Shown piece after piece: positions 28,270 through 37,354 of a stretch of DNA of 64,000 bases (within the stretch, counting starts at the first letter, position 1; each line of letters begins with the position of its first letter). The stretch comes from Nitrospira sp. (GTDB lineage: Bacteria; Nitrospirota; Nitrospiria; Nitrospirales; Nitrospiraceae). Location of the stretch: the NCBI GenBank assembly GCA_047150005.1, contig AP038806.1, forward strand, positions 3,840,001 through 3,904,000, in the 5' to 3' direction. Below the pieces are notes generated by a model that searched no databases, had not been told where the DNA came from, and saw only the letters and a list, made by a program, of their open reading frames with translations. The position numbers were made by a program, and so were the translations under genes.

Positions 28270-29118
28270 ATGAGCATCGCACGTCCTCGAAGACCCCTCT
28301 CTCATCGCATCGTCTCAGTGCTGCTGCTGACCCTCGCCTCGATGCTCGTTGCCGGATGCGCGCTGTGGGGTGCGAAAGACGCGCCGCCCCTCAGGCAGGC
28401 CACGGTGGAAGAGTTGACCGCGCTGCTACGGCAGCGCGAAGCGGCCCTGCAGAGCTTGAAGGGGCTGTTCAGCGCCAAGGTCCGCGGCGGGATGTTACCG
28501 ATCACGACCCGCATCGAAGGGGCGCTCTACTATGAGCGGCCGAACGCCCTTCGTCTGCGCGGATTCACTCCAATCGGCGGCGAACTCTTCGAGTTTCTGC
28601 AGTCGGATGATCAGTTTACGCTGCGGCTTCCCACGATGGGACGGGTGCTGTCCGGCAACGGCTCCGACACGAGCGAGATGGGAAAATTGGCGCGGCCCTT
28701 CCAACTAAGCGTCTGGGCGATGAGCGGCGTGTTGGGAACCGACGCGGTGGCGCCTTCCGAAACCGTCACCCTGTCCGAGGACGGCGACCGTTACCGGTTG
28801 GACGTCTTCGGCCCGTTGGCCAATGGAGGTAACGGCTTACGGCGCCGGCTGTGGTTCGACCGGCAAAGGCTGTTGGTCGTCAAAGCGGAACGGCTCACGG
28901 ATTCCGGCGGGATCGATGCATCGATTCGCTATGACGATTTCCGTCCCGTGGGAGTAGAAGCCATCGAGGTCAACGCGTCGGCCTCCGCGGAAGACCGGCT
29001 GCTGCGCCCCTTCAAGATCTCGCTCGAGGACGGACGCGGGGAGGGGAGCGTGCAGATCACGTTTCACGAGCTGATTCCCAATCAGCCGCTCAAGCCGGCC
29101 GAGTTGGGCCGAGGATAA
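28270..29118 (+). CDS. Lipoprotein, LolA/LolB-like fold (DUF4292-like)
   Basis: Lipobox VAGC; YERPNALRLRGFTPIG.ELF. Confidence 0.65.
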   Translation: MSIARPRRPLSHRIVSVLLLTLASMLVAGCALWGAKDAPPLRQATVEELTALLRQREAALQSLKGLFSAKVRGGMLPITTRIEGALYYERPNALRLRGFTPIGGELFEFLQSDDQFTLRLPTMGRVLSGNGSDTSEMGKLARPFQLSVWAMSGVLGTDAVAPSETVTLSEDGDRYRLDVFGPLANGGNGLRRRLWFDRQRLLVVKAERLTDSGGIDASIRYDDFRPVGVEAIEVNASASAEDRLLRPFKISLEDGRGEGSVQITFHELIPNQPLKPAELGRG

Positions 29119-29145
29119 GATGCACGGAGACGGATCGGTCGACCC

Positions 29146-29898
29146 ATGAAGATCCTGGCAGTGGACACAGCGACCGCGTGGCAGAGCGTGGCACTCTTGG
29201 AGAACGAGGCGGTCCTGGCCCTGGAAGAACAGGAAGCCCGCGGCTCCCATTCGCGACTGCTGCTGCCGGCCATCCGCAGATTGTTTGCACGCGCCGGATT
29301 GTCTCTCACGCGGCTCGACGGTCTCGCCGTCTCCATCGGTCCGGGCTCTTTCACCGGCCTTCGCGTCGGCTTGGCCACGCTGCTCGGGTTCAGGACGATC
29401 AGCGGACTGCCCTTGGCGGCGGTGCCGACCCTCGAAGGCATGGCCTGGAATTTCCGCGGAGCCGACATGGCCCTCTGTCCGATCATCAACAGCAGACGCG
29501 GCGAGGTCTATTGGGCGATGTTTCGTTGGCGAGGCGATCGGCTGGAACGACTCGTCGCCGAACGCACCGGAACGGCGGCCCAACTGGCCGCCTCCTTGCG
29601 CGAACGGACGATGCTGTATGGGGAAGGGTGGGCCACCGAAGGCGCGGCCATCCGCACAGCCTGTGCCGACAAGATCCGCACTCTGATTGAGACTCCTGAC
29701 CGGAACGTGACCCCCTCGGCCGTTTCCGTGGGTCTCGCCGGGCTCGACAAGCTGCGCCGGGGTGAACTGGCTGGTCTCGGCGTCAGTCCGCTCTATGTGC
29801 AACGGCCGGAGGCCGAAGTGAAATATGACGAATCGGGAGGGCTGTCTCCGCTGGCTCGGCGCCGGGCCAAACTGGCTCGTAAACTGGCGCCACGATAA
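29146..29898 (+). CDS. tsaB: tRNA t6A biosynthesis protein TsaB
   Basis: MKILAVDTAT, HS..LLPAI, GPGSFTGLRVG, RRGEVY, P.YVQ. Confidence 0.93.
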   Translation: MKILAVDTATAWQSVALLENEAVLALEEQEARGSHSRLLLPAIRRLFARAGLSLTRLDGLAVSIGPGSFTGLRVGLATLLGFRTISGLPLAAVPTLEGMAWNFRGADMALCPIINSRRGEVYWAMFRWRGDRLERLVAERTGTAAQLAASLRERTMLYGEGWATEGAAIRTACADKIRTLIETPDRNVTPSAVSVGLAGLDKLRRGELAGLGVSPLYVQRPEAEVKYDESGGLSPLARRRAKLARKLAPR

Positions 29899-29926
29899 TG
29901 AAACCACCGCGAAGACAACGACGCAC

Positions 29927-30496
29927 ATGACGGTTTCTACAAGCGAAATTCTGCCGGCCACACATGCCGACCTTCCTGACATCTTGGCGATCGAAGAAGC
30001 TTGCTTCTCGGCCCCCTGGACGCGCACAATGATGGAAGCAGAAATGAGCGGCAACCCTTTCGCTCATTTTCTCGTCGCCCGGCGGGCGACCGCCGAAGGA
30101 GGAGTCCCGTCAGCCATTGTCGGGTATGTGTGTTTTTGGATCGTCTTTGAGGAAGTCCGGTTGATGAACCTCGCGGTCACTGAATCGATGCGGCGTCAGG
30201 GGATCGCCACCTCCCTGGTCACTGCAGCCCTTCAAGCCGGTGCACTCCAGTCAGCCGTGCGGGCGGTGCTCGAAGTTCGTGCGTCGAACGGCGCGGCGCA
30301 AACCCTCTATCAGAATCTGGGATTTCGACAGACCGGCCTCAGGCCGAGCTACTATTCGGCGCCGCCCGAAGATGCGGTGCTGATGGAGTTGGACCCCATT
30401 GCATCGGATGCGATGGTGCGCTCCCATGCGGGGGATCATACGGGAGGTCAACCATCCCCGGAGCAGCCACTCAAACCAGGAGGTGCGACATGCTGA
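29927..30496 (+). CDS. rimI: Ribosomal-protein-alanine N-acetyltransferase
   Basis: IEEACFSAPW, NLAV...RRQGIA, LEVRASN..AQ.LY..LGF...G.R..YY. Confidence 0.88.
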   Translation: MTVSTSEILPATHADLPDILAIEEACFSAPWTRTMMEAEMSGNPFAHFLVARRATAEGGVPSAIVGYVCFWIVFEEVRLMNLAVTESMRRQGIATSLVTAALQAGALQSAVRAVLEVRASNGAAQTLYQNLGFRQTGLRPSYYSAPPEDAVLMELDPIASDAMVRSHAGDHTGGQPSPEQPLKPGGATC

Positions 30497-30732
30497 CGGA
30501 CAATGTGATCATGGAACGGCTCCGCCAATCCAACACAGCATTCCGTGAACTGGAGGAGTCCCACCACCGCCTCGACCTGGAACTCAACGATTTGCAGAAA
30601 CGCCACGTCCTGACTCCGGCCGAGGAGTTATCCAAGAAGCAGCTGCAAAAGGAAAAGCTCGCGAAGAAAGACAAGATGGCCGAGATGATCCGCATGTATC
30701 GCGATCACGGTCTGCAGGCGACCGCACACTAG
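30490..30732 (+). CDS. DUF465/YdcH coiled-coil protein
   Basis: F.EL.E.HH.LD.EL, L.K.KL..KD.M; RBS AGGAGG. Confidence 0.8.
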   Translation: MLTDNVIMERLRQSNTAFRELEESHHRLDLELNDLQKRHVLTPAEELSKKQLQKEKLAKKDKMAEMIRMYRDHGLQATAH

Positions 30733-30784
30733 CCGAGGCACGTGAGCGTCCGACGGACCGATCACAGCGGCAGAGTCCATACCT

Positions 30785-31555
30785 ATGGCCCCAAGCATCC
30801 ATCCGCTGGCCGCCCACATTCAGACCGTCAAGAAGCGTCTGCTCATCATCGGCGCCACGATCCTGGTGGCGCTCGCTGTCGCCTTCACGTTCTCCGCGGA
30901 GATGGTCGCCTGGTTGAATCGTCCCTTTCCCAACCAGTTGGTGTTTTACGGGCCGACGGAAGCGCTGTTCGCCTCGATCAAGGTATCGTTCCTGGCGGCC
31001 GTGCTCGCCAGCCTCCCGGTCGTCTTTTACCAGTTTTGGAAATTCGTCGAACCAGCGCTGCTCCCGCAGGAGCAGCGCTGGGGCATTCCGATTTTCCTCC
31101 TCGCCGGTGCGCTCTTTGCGCTCGGCCTGGTCTTCTGTAACCTGGTCATCCTGCCGCTGGTCATCGATTTCTTCGTCAGCTTCGGAATGGACCGCGACAT
31201 CACGCCTCAGCTGAGCGTGGGCACCTATATCGACTTCAACGTCAAGTTCCTCCTCACTTTCGGCTGCGCCTTCGAGTTACCGCTGATCCTGACGATCCTG
31301 GCGCGGGTCGGCGTCGTGTCGGCGCAGGTCTTGGCGGCCTACCGCAAGCATGCCATTCTGGGCTCATTGATCATCTCCGCCGTCGTCACTCCCGACGCGA
31401 CCCTGTTTACCATGCTGCTCATGGCGGTGCCGCTCATGATACTCTATGAAGTCGGCATCATTGGTGCGAAGCTCTTTGGGCGTGCGCCGACGGATATGAG
31501 CCTGCCGCTTGATCCGGATATTCCCGTCGGAACAGCAGGGCATCGCGTTCGCTAG
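30785..31555 (+). CDS. tatC: Twin-arginine translocase TatC
   Basis: PL..H...KKRL, PTEALF...KVS, YQFWKFV.PAL, FELP, AVVTPD, P..ILYE. Confidence 0.93.
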   Translation: MAPSIHPLAAHIQTVKKRLLIIGATILVALAVAFTFSAEMVAWLNRPFPNQLVFYGPTEALFASIKVSFLAAVLASLPVVFYQFWKFVEPALLPQEQRWGIPIFLLAGALFALGLVFCNLVILPLVIDFFVSFGMDRDITPQLSVGTYIDFNVKFLLTFGCAFELPLILTILARVGVVSAQVLAAYRKHAILGSLIISAVVTPDATLFTMLLMAVPLMILYEVGIIGAKLFGRAPTDMSLPLDPDIPVGTAGHRVR

Positions 31556-31568
31556 TACAGGTAGCACC

Positions 31569-32618
31569 ATGAAATCCACTGCGTGTGGTCCCTTGCGATT
31601 TCTCTGGCTCGCCGCGCTGGTAGGGTTGGCCCTCCCGGCGACGGCGCAACAGGGATCGCAACCAGGCGGTTCGCACCAACCACTCCCAGACCAGCAAGCG
31701 GCCAGCATTCAGGCGCTCACGGCAACCGGGGATCAGTCGCTCTATGCCGGGTCGTTTGGGCTCGGACTATTCCGCAGCGACGATCGCGGCGCGACCTGGA
31801 CCAAATCGGGGAAAGGCATCAGCGACCCGTTCATCCTCTCTCTGGCGACCTCGAAAGACGGGACGGTCTACGCCGGCACCTTTCGCGGCGGGGTATTCCG
31901 AACACGGGATCACGGGAAAACCTGGCAATCCGTCAACGACGGGCTTAAGCGACATGAGATCAAGGCCCTGCTGCCGGTCGGGGACGTGCTGTACGCGGGA
32001 ACAGCCGATGGAGCCTATCGTCTCGGTCGAGGCGACGACCGCTGGGCGGTCGTCACAACGGGGCTCGACGAAATTCTGGTCCATGCGCTGGCGCAGTCGC
32101 CGGACGGCACGCTTTACGCCGGCACGTCCGGAAAGGGCGTGCTGCGGTTCAAAGCCAATTCGATCGGCTGGGTGCGCCTGCATCATGGCCTGAAGGACCA
32201 TGAAGGGATGGTTGAGAATTTTATCCGGGTATTGACCATCGACCCGGACGGTGCGATTTATGCCGGGACGTTCGACGGCGGCGTCTTTCGGAGCGAGGAT
32301 GCGGGCGCGACGTGGCGGCCGATCAGCCGAGCGTTGCCGAACGACTCGATTCGAGGGATCGTGTTCAACAGTCGAGGCCTCTTCGTCGCCACCGGCCACG
32401 GCATCTTCAAGACCGTCGACAAAGGCCGTCAATGGACCCCGCTCAACAAGGGACTGACCAGCATGGCCGTTCAAGTGCTGATCGAATCGGCCTCCGGCTC
32501 TCTCTACGCCGGCACCAACGCCGGAGCGTTCCGCAGCGACGACGACGGACGGACCTGGGCCGCGATCAATCACGGACTCGAGGGAGGGACGGCACCGCCG
32601 CCCTTTCTCTTTCGCTAA
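31569..32618 (+). CDS. Secreted BNR/Asp-box beta-propeller (YCF48-like)
   Basis: Repeated YAGT..G.FRS.D.G.TW units; signal peptide. Confidence 0.85.
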   Translation: MKSTACGPLRFLWLAALVGLALPATAQQGSQPGGSHQPLPDQQAASIQALTATGDQSLYAGSFGLGLFRSDDRGATWTKSGKGISDPFILSLATSKDGTVYAGTFRGGVFRTRDHGKTWQSVNDGLKRHEIKALLPVGDVLYAGTADGAYRLGRGDDRWAVVTTGLDEILVHALAQSPDGTLYAGTSGKGVLRFKANSIGWVRLHHGLKDHEGMVENFIRVLTIDPDGAIYAGTFDGGVFRSEDAGATWRPISRALPNDSIRGIVFNSRGLFVATGHGIFKTVDKGRQWTPLNKGLTSMAVQVLIESASGSLYAGTNAGAFRSDDDGRTWAAINHGLEGGTAPPPFLFR

Positions 32619-32634
32619 CCAGAGGAAAGGACAC

Positions 32635-33153
32635 ATGACGATGTCAGAGGCAACCGAGAAGACCCGGGCCACGATTGCGGTGACGAGCAAAGGACAGCCG
32701 CTGGGAGAAATCGTGCTGAAGTTTTTTCACAACGTCGCCCCCGGCCATGCAAGAAACTTCATGGACCTGGCCAAGAAAGGGTTTTACAACGGCACCACCT
32801 TCCACCGCGTCATTCCGGGCTTCATGATCCAGGGGGGCGATCCCAACAGCAAGAACGCCGACCGAGCCTCGCACGGCACCGGCGGGCCCGGCTACCGTAT
32901 CAAAGCGGAGTTCAACAGTACGCCGCACAAGCGGGGGATTCTCTCCATGGCCCGTGCCAACGACCCGGACAGCGCCGGCTCCCAATTCTTCATTTGTGTC
33001 GCCGACTCCAACTTCCTGGACTGGCAATACACGGCTTTCGGCGAAGTCGTCAGCGGCATGGACGTGGCGGACAAGGTCGTCAGCGTGAAGCGGGACGGCG
33101 GCGATAATCCGCTGGAGCGAATAGAGATGACGGTCACGATTTCGGAAGGTTGA
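32635..33153 (+). CDS. Cyclophilin-type peptidyl-prolyl isomerase
   Basis: FYNGTTFHRVIPGFMIQGGD, LSMARA.DPDSAGSQFFI. Confidence 0.95.
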   Translation: MTMSEATEKTRATIAVTSKGQPLGEIVLKFFHNVAPGHARNFMDLAKKGFYNGTTFHRVIPGFMIQGGDPNSKNADRASHGTGGPGYRIKAEFNSTPHKRGILSMARANDPDSAGSQFFICVADSNFLDWQYTAFGEVVSGMDVADKVVSVKRDGGDNPLERIEMTVTISEG

Positions 33154-33225
33154 GGTTGAGATTGAGGTTCAGGTTGAGCATGGAGAAGCTTGATTTCAAC
33201 ATCCGGTTCCTCTCAGCCTTAACCT
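33147..33225. repeat. AGGTTG hexamer array with a downstream complementary arm
   Basis: AGGTTG AGGTTG AGATTG AGGTTC AGGTTG at 33147-33176; CTCAGCCTTAACCT at 33212-33225. Confidence 0.55.
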
Positions 33226-33881
33226 TGAGCTGCCTGTGCCTGTCCGGATGCACCATTCCGCAGACGCCGTACCGCGCTGTCTACGAAGACCCGGTCAACT
33301 ACGTCCGTCTGGAGCTGGACGACACCGTGTTGCCCGAATGGCCGCCGGGTCACCATTCACATCCCCGCACCTTTACCTCGGAAGAGATTGCCCGCGTCCT
33401 CACCGGCATGAAGGTGCAGGAGCACCGTATCTGGTTGCAAAAGTGGATTCAGGGAGAAGCTCCGCTGGTGCCCGCCTTTCGGGATGAAGAAGTCACGATC
33501 CTCGCGCCGCAGATCGCGGAGGCCTTCGCCGCGGCGGCGTACAACGAGCGCATCACGTTTTATCTGAGCCAGCCGCAAACGTCGGCCAAGCGCGTGATCA
33601 CCACCGGCGGGCTGTACGTGCGGGATTCGGAGATGCACGTGCTGCTGGGCAACTGGCAGATCGTCTACGGCATTCCCACATACGGTATGATCTACGACCG
33701 GCGGTACCCCATGCGCCCCACGGCCGCCAAGGGTTTCGACCTCTATTTCCAGCCGTCGGACGCCGTCATCGTACAGAACAGCAGCTTTCTGGACACGTTG
33801 CTCGCGAACAACAAGGACGAACTCGTCATCAATATCGACCGTCTCCCCGCCGCGGTGGTCATGGCATCCCCACTTAGGTAG
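33180..33881 (+). CDS. Hypothetical lipoprotein
   Basis: Lipobox LSGC; HSHPRTFT.EEI...L; TTGGLYV. Confidence 0.7.
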   Translation: MEKLDFNIRFLSALTLSCLCLSGCTIPQTPYRAVYEDPVNYVRLELDDTVLPEWPPGHHSHPRTFTSEEIARVLTGMKVQEHRIWLQKWIQGEAPLVPAFRDEEVTILAPQIAEAFAAAAYNERITFYLSQPQTSAKRVITTGGLYVRDSEMHVLLGNWQIVYGIPTYGMIYDRRYPMRPTAAKGFDLYFQPSDAVIVQNSSFLDTLLANNKDELVINIDRLPAAVVMASPLR

Positions 33882-33941
33882 ATCTGCTCGCTCCTGCATC
33901 GGATCGGACCGAAAGAACCTCCACGTATTCGGCTGATTTCG

Positions 33942-33970
33942 TTGACAAGAAATGGGCTCGCTGTTAGCGT
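33942..33970 (+). promoter_or_regulatory. Sigma70 promoter of the TPR gene
   Basis: TTGACA-N17-TAGCGT; RBS GGAGG before TTG at 33999. Confidence 0.6.
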
Positions 33971-33998
33971 TTCCTGGTCAGCCACACGGAGGTCCATC

Positions 33999-36206
33999 TT
34001 GGGCATCGACCGCAGCAAGGTGTTGCACAGCGCCCAACTGTTCGCGTCGAAAGGTCAGTTCGACGCCGCCATCAATGAATGGAAAAAGCTGTCGGCCGAA
34101 TCGCCTGCCGATGGGAGCATCTACAACTCCATCGGTGAGCTCCATCTGAAGCGGAACGCCTCCGGCGAGGCTGTGTCGGCCTTTCTGCAGGCCGCGAACG
34201 CGTTTCGGGCGGAAGGCGCGACCCTCAAGGCTATCGCCACCTATAAGAAAGTCCTCAAGCTCGATCCGTCCCGCTACGACATCTACCGATACCTCGGCGA
34301 TCTCAATGCCGAGCGGGGACTCCTGAGCAGCGCGGTGCAGGACTACCTGACGCTGGGCAAGTACTATCTCAAGGAACGCAAGTCCAAGGAGGCGCTCGAG
34401 GTCTATAAGAAGATCGTCAGTCAAGACCCGTCCAATCTCGATGCGCAGCAACGGGTCGCCGAGTTGTGCGTGCAGGAAAACATGCAGGACGAGGCGATAA
34501 AGGTCTACCTGCAGCTCGGTCGTGAACGCTCCGCTCAGCAGCGGTACAGCGAAGCCAAGGAAGCGTATCAGTCGGTCTTGCGTATCGATCCGGCCAACAG
34601 CGAAGCCGTACAATTTATCGAGCATTTCGAGAAATCGGGCGGCGACCCGATCCGGTTCGCCAGAAGCAGCGCGTCGACTCCGGCGGCGGGAAAATCGCTC
34701 GAGCCGATGGACCTCCTGGCGGAAGCCAGGCGACGCATCGAGGAAAAGCAATTTGCGGGCGCGGAAGCGATTCTCAACCAGCTCCTCTCAAAGGAGCCGG
34801 GAAACCCTCAGGTCTGTCAGTTGCTGGCCCGATTACACCTGCATCAGGGCCAGCTTCAGATCGCGCTGGGTGAATACCGTTTTCTGGCCGGTGCGGCGCT
34901 GCGAGCCCAGGAATACCCGCAGGCGGAGGCGCTGATTCAGGAATTTCTGGCCGTCGAACCCCATTCGGTTCCGCTCCTGGAGTTGCACGGGGAGCTGTAC
35001 GAGGAGCAGGGAGACCTGTCCACGGCCGTCCTGCACTACGGCAAGGCGGTGGAAGTGCTGCTCGAGCATCCGGAGCCGGGTCTGCCGACGCTGCATGAGG
35101 AAATTTTCGAGAAGATCAAGACGCTCGTTCCGGATAGTCCGGTCGTTCACCATTTGGAAGTGCTGCTCCACGATGCGCCTCCCGCCGCCGAATCCGTCGG
35201 CGTGCAGGCCGACCAGGCCGCACCGGCACCCGACGCGTTCACCCTCGCGGGCGCGGAGCCGGACAATGCGTGGGGGACAACGCCTCGGAATTCCGGCGAG
35301 CCGGGGTTCCGCTTCGCGTCCCCAGGAGAGGCGGCTCCGGTCCTCGGCGTGCCGCCCGTTGCCGCAGCTCGCGAGAACACCGTGGAACCGACACCGGCTG
35401 TTACGGGCCAACAGGCCTCTGACGTGGCCGCCGCGGTGCCGCTGCTCACGCGAGACGCTCAACTTCGCTCCTACCTGGAGGCGGGACAGGTCATGGAAGC
35501 GGAGCTGTGGCTGAACCGACTGATCGGCAAAGCGCCGGATGATGCCGAGCTGCGAGAATTGCTGGGCCGGCTCTTCGAGCACAAGGGCGACGGGGCCGCC
35601 GCCGCCTTACAGTATGCGCGGGCGATGGAACTGCAGTTGGCCGCCGCGCCTGAGGGCGATACCGAACGGCTCACGGCCCTGTACCTCAAACTCAACACAC
35701 TGGCCCCGGCTCATCCTCTTGTCGGAAAGCTGGCCCCGCTGTTCCTCACACGTGAGGAACAGCGGGGCGCCGCACCGGAAGAGGCCCCCGAAGGGATGGC
35801 CGACGGGCTCGACCCGGAGGTGCATTACACGCTCGGCGTGGCATACAAAAACATGGGCCTGCTCGATGAGGCCAAGGAAGAATTCTCCGTCGCCATGCAA
35901 TCACCAGCCGTGTTCCTGGACTCCTGTCTTATGACCGCCATCTGTTTGAAAGAGCGTGGGCAGGCCGACGCCGCAAGCACCCAGCTGGAGCGTTTACTGA
36001 CGGATTCTCGTTGCCAGGGGGCCAAGGGTCAGGCGATTCGATACGAATTGGGCTTGCTCTACGAACAACAGGGCCAGTGGGAGCAGGCCGTGACGATGTT
36101 CGAGTCGATCCCCACCTTCCACGACGTTCCGGAACGATTGTCCTCGATCCGCGCGGACCATCCCGTTTCTGAGTCCACCGCCAAGGCCTTCGGATACGCC
36201 AGCTGA
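33999..36206 (+). CDS. Large TPR protein with a FimV/SgmX-like C-terminal module
   Basis: Multiple TPRs, Ala/Pro linker, DPEVHYTLGVAYKNMGLLDEAKEEF. Confidence 0.8.
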   Translation: MGIDRSKVLHSAQLFASKGQFDAAINEWKKLSAESPADGSIYNSIGELHLKRNASGEAVSAFLQAANAFRAEGATLKAIATYKKVLKLDPSRYDIYRYLGDLNAERGLLSSAVQDYLTLGKYYLKERKSKEALEVYKKIVSQDPSNLDAQQRVAELCVQENMQDEAIKVYLQLGRERSAQQRYSEAKEAYQSVLRIDPANSEAVQFIEHFEKSGGDPIRFARSSASTPAAGKSLEPMDLLAEARRRIEEKQFAGAEAILNQLLSKEPGNPQVCQLLARLHLHQGQLQIALGEYRFLAGAALRAQEYPQAEALIQEFLAVEPHSVPLLELHGELYEEQGDLSTAVLHYGKAVEVLLEHPEPGLPTLHEEIFEKIKTLVPDSPVVHHLEVLLHDAPPAAESVGVQADQAAPAPDAFTLAGAEPDNAWGTTPRNSGEPGFRFASPGEAAPVLGVPPVAAARENTVEPTPAVTGQQASDVAAAVPLLTRDAQLRSYLEAGQVMEAELWLNRLIGKAPDDAELRELLGRLFEHKGDGAAAALQYARAMELQLAAAPEGDTERLTALYLKLNTLAPAHPLVGKLAPLFLTREEQRGAAPEEAPEGMADGLDPEVHYTLGVAYKNMGLLDEAKEEFSVAMQSPAVFLDSCLMTAICLKERGQADAASTQLERLLTDSRCQGAKGQAIRYELGLLYEQQGQWEQAVTMFESIPTFHDVPERLSSIRADHPVSESTAKAFGYAS

Positions 36207-36211
36207 CCGGA

Positions 36212-37177
36212 TCAGGTCACGGGATTCGGCGCCGGCCGGCCGGCCAGGACTGCATCGACATTGTTCAGGCAGATCATACCCATCTGCACCCGCGCAAACC
36301 AGGTCGCCGACCCGAGATGGGGCAGCAGCACCACGTGCGCCGACGAGCGAAGCCCCGGATGCACGCGGGGTTCGTCTTCATAGACGTCAAGGCCCGCCCC
36401 GGCGATCGCACGACGCTGCAACGCATCCACCAACGCCGCCTCGTCCACGATCGGTCCCCGGGCCGTATTGACGAGGATCGCTGTCCGTCGCATCCCCGCC
36501 AGTTCGGATGCTCCGATCAGATGCCGCGTCTCGCCGGTCAGCGGCACATGGATGGACACAAAATCCGAGTCGCGGAGCAGGTCGGGTAGGGAGACAGATT
36601 CCCATTGCGCGCCGGACGGCGAGACGAGGGCGGAACGCCGACTGAAATAGCGCACCGGCATGCGAAATCCGACGGCACGATGGGCCACAGCCTGCCCAAT
36701 CCGCCCCATTCCGACGATGCCTAGCGTTCGACCGGCGACCTCTGCGCCCAAGAGCTGCGTCGCCGTCCAGCCGGTCCAGGTTCCCGCCCGCACCAGCGCA
36801 TCGCCTTCCACAACTCGACGAGCCGTGGCCAGGATGAGCGCCCAGGTCAAGTCCGCGGTGGCGTCGGTCAGGACATCCGGAGTATTCGTCACGATGATCC
36901 CGCGATTTCGGGCCGCGGAAAGATCGATGTTGTTGTAACCGACCGCATAGTTGGCCACGACTTGCAGTCGCGATGCCCCGGCCAAACTCTGCGCGTCGAT
37001 GCGCTCGGATAATGTGACGATGGCGGCGGCCGCCTCGTGCAATCCTTTCCGAAGCGTCGCGGGAGACGGCGGAGCCTCTTCCGGTTCCGCTAGTAGCCGG
37101 TAGCGCTCGCGGAGCGCCGCCATCACCGGTTCCGGCAAGAGGCGGGAAAGGTAAAGGAGGGGGCGGGGCTCGCTCAT
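36212..37177 (-). CDS. D-isomer 2-hydroxyacid dehydrogenase (glyoxylate/D-glycerate)
   Basis: AVGYNNID, NTPDVLT.ATAD, GIVGMGRIG, NTARG, GLDVYE.EP, LPHLGSAT. Confidence 0.93.
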   Translation of the reverse strand: MSEPRPLLYLSRLLPEPVMAALRERYRLLAEPEEAPPSPATLRKGLHEAAAAIVTLSERIDAQSLAGASRLQVVANYAVGYNNIDLSAARNRGIIVTNTPDVLTDATADLTWALILATARRVVEGDALVRAGTWTGWTATQLLGAEVAGRTLGIVGMGRIGQAVAHRAVGFRMPVRYFSRRSALVSPSGAQWESVSLPDLLRDSDFVSIHVPLTGETRHLIGASELAGMRRTAILVNTARGPIVDEAALVDALQRRAIAGAGLDVYEDEPRVHPGLRSSAHVVLLPHLGSATWFARVQMGMICLNNVDAVLAGRPAPNPVT

Positions 37178-37354
37178 AGGTGGTGATGGCATCTTACCGA
37201 GTCACGGCCACAGCCACAACCGCTCGGCAGCCGCGGCTCGATGTGTGGTAGTCCCGCAGCGAGCCGTCTTGAAGTTCCGGACTTCCATTTGCTATTCTCC
37301 GTGCACCTTCCCACGCATGCACCACTTCAGAGGGCAATCCCAAGGAGTTAGACC

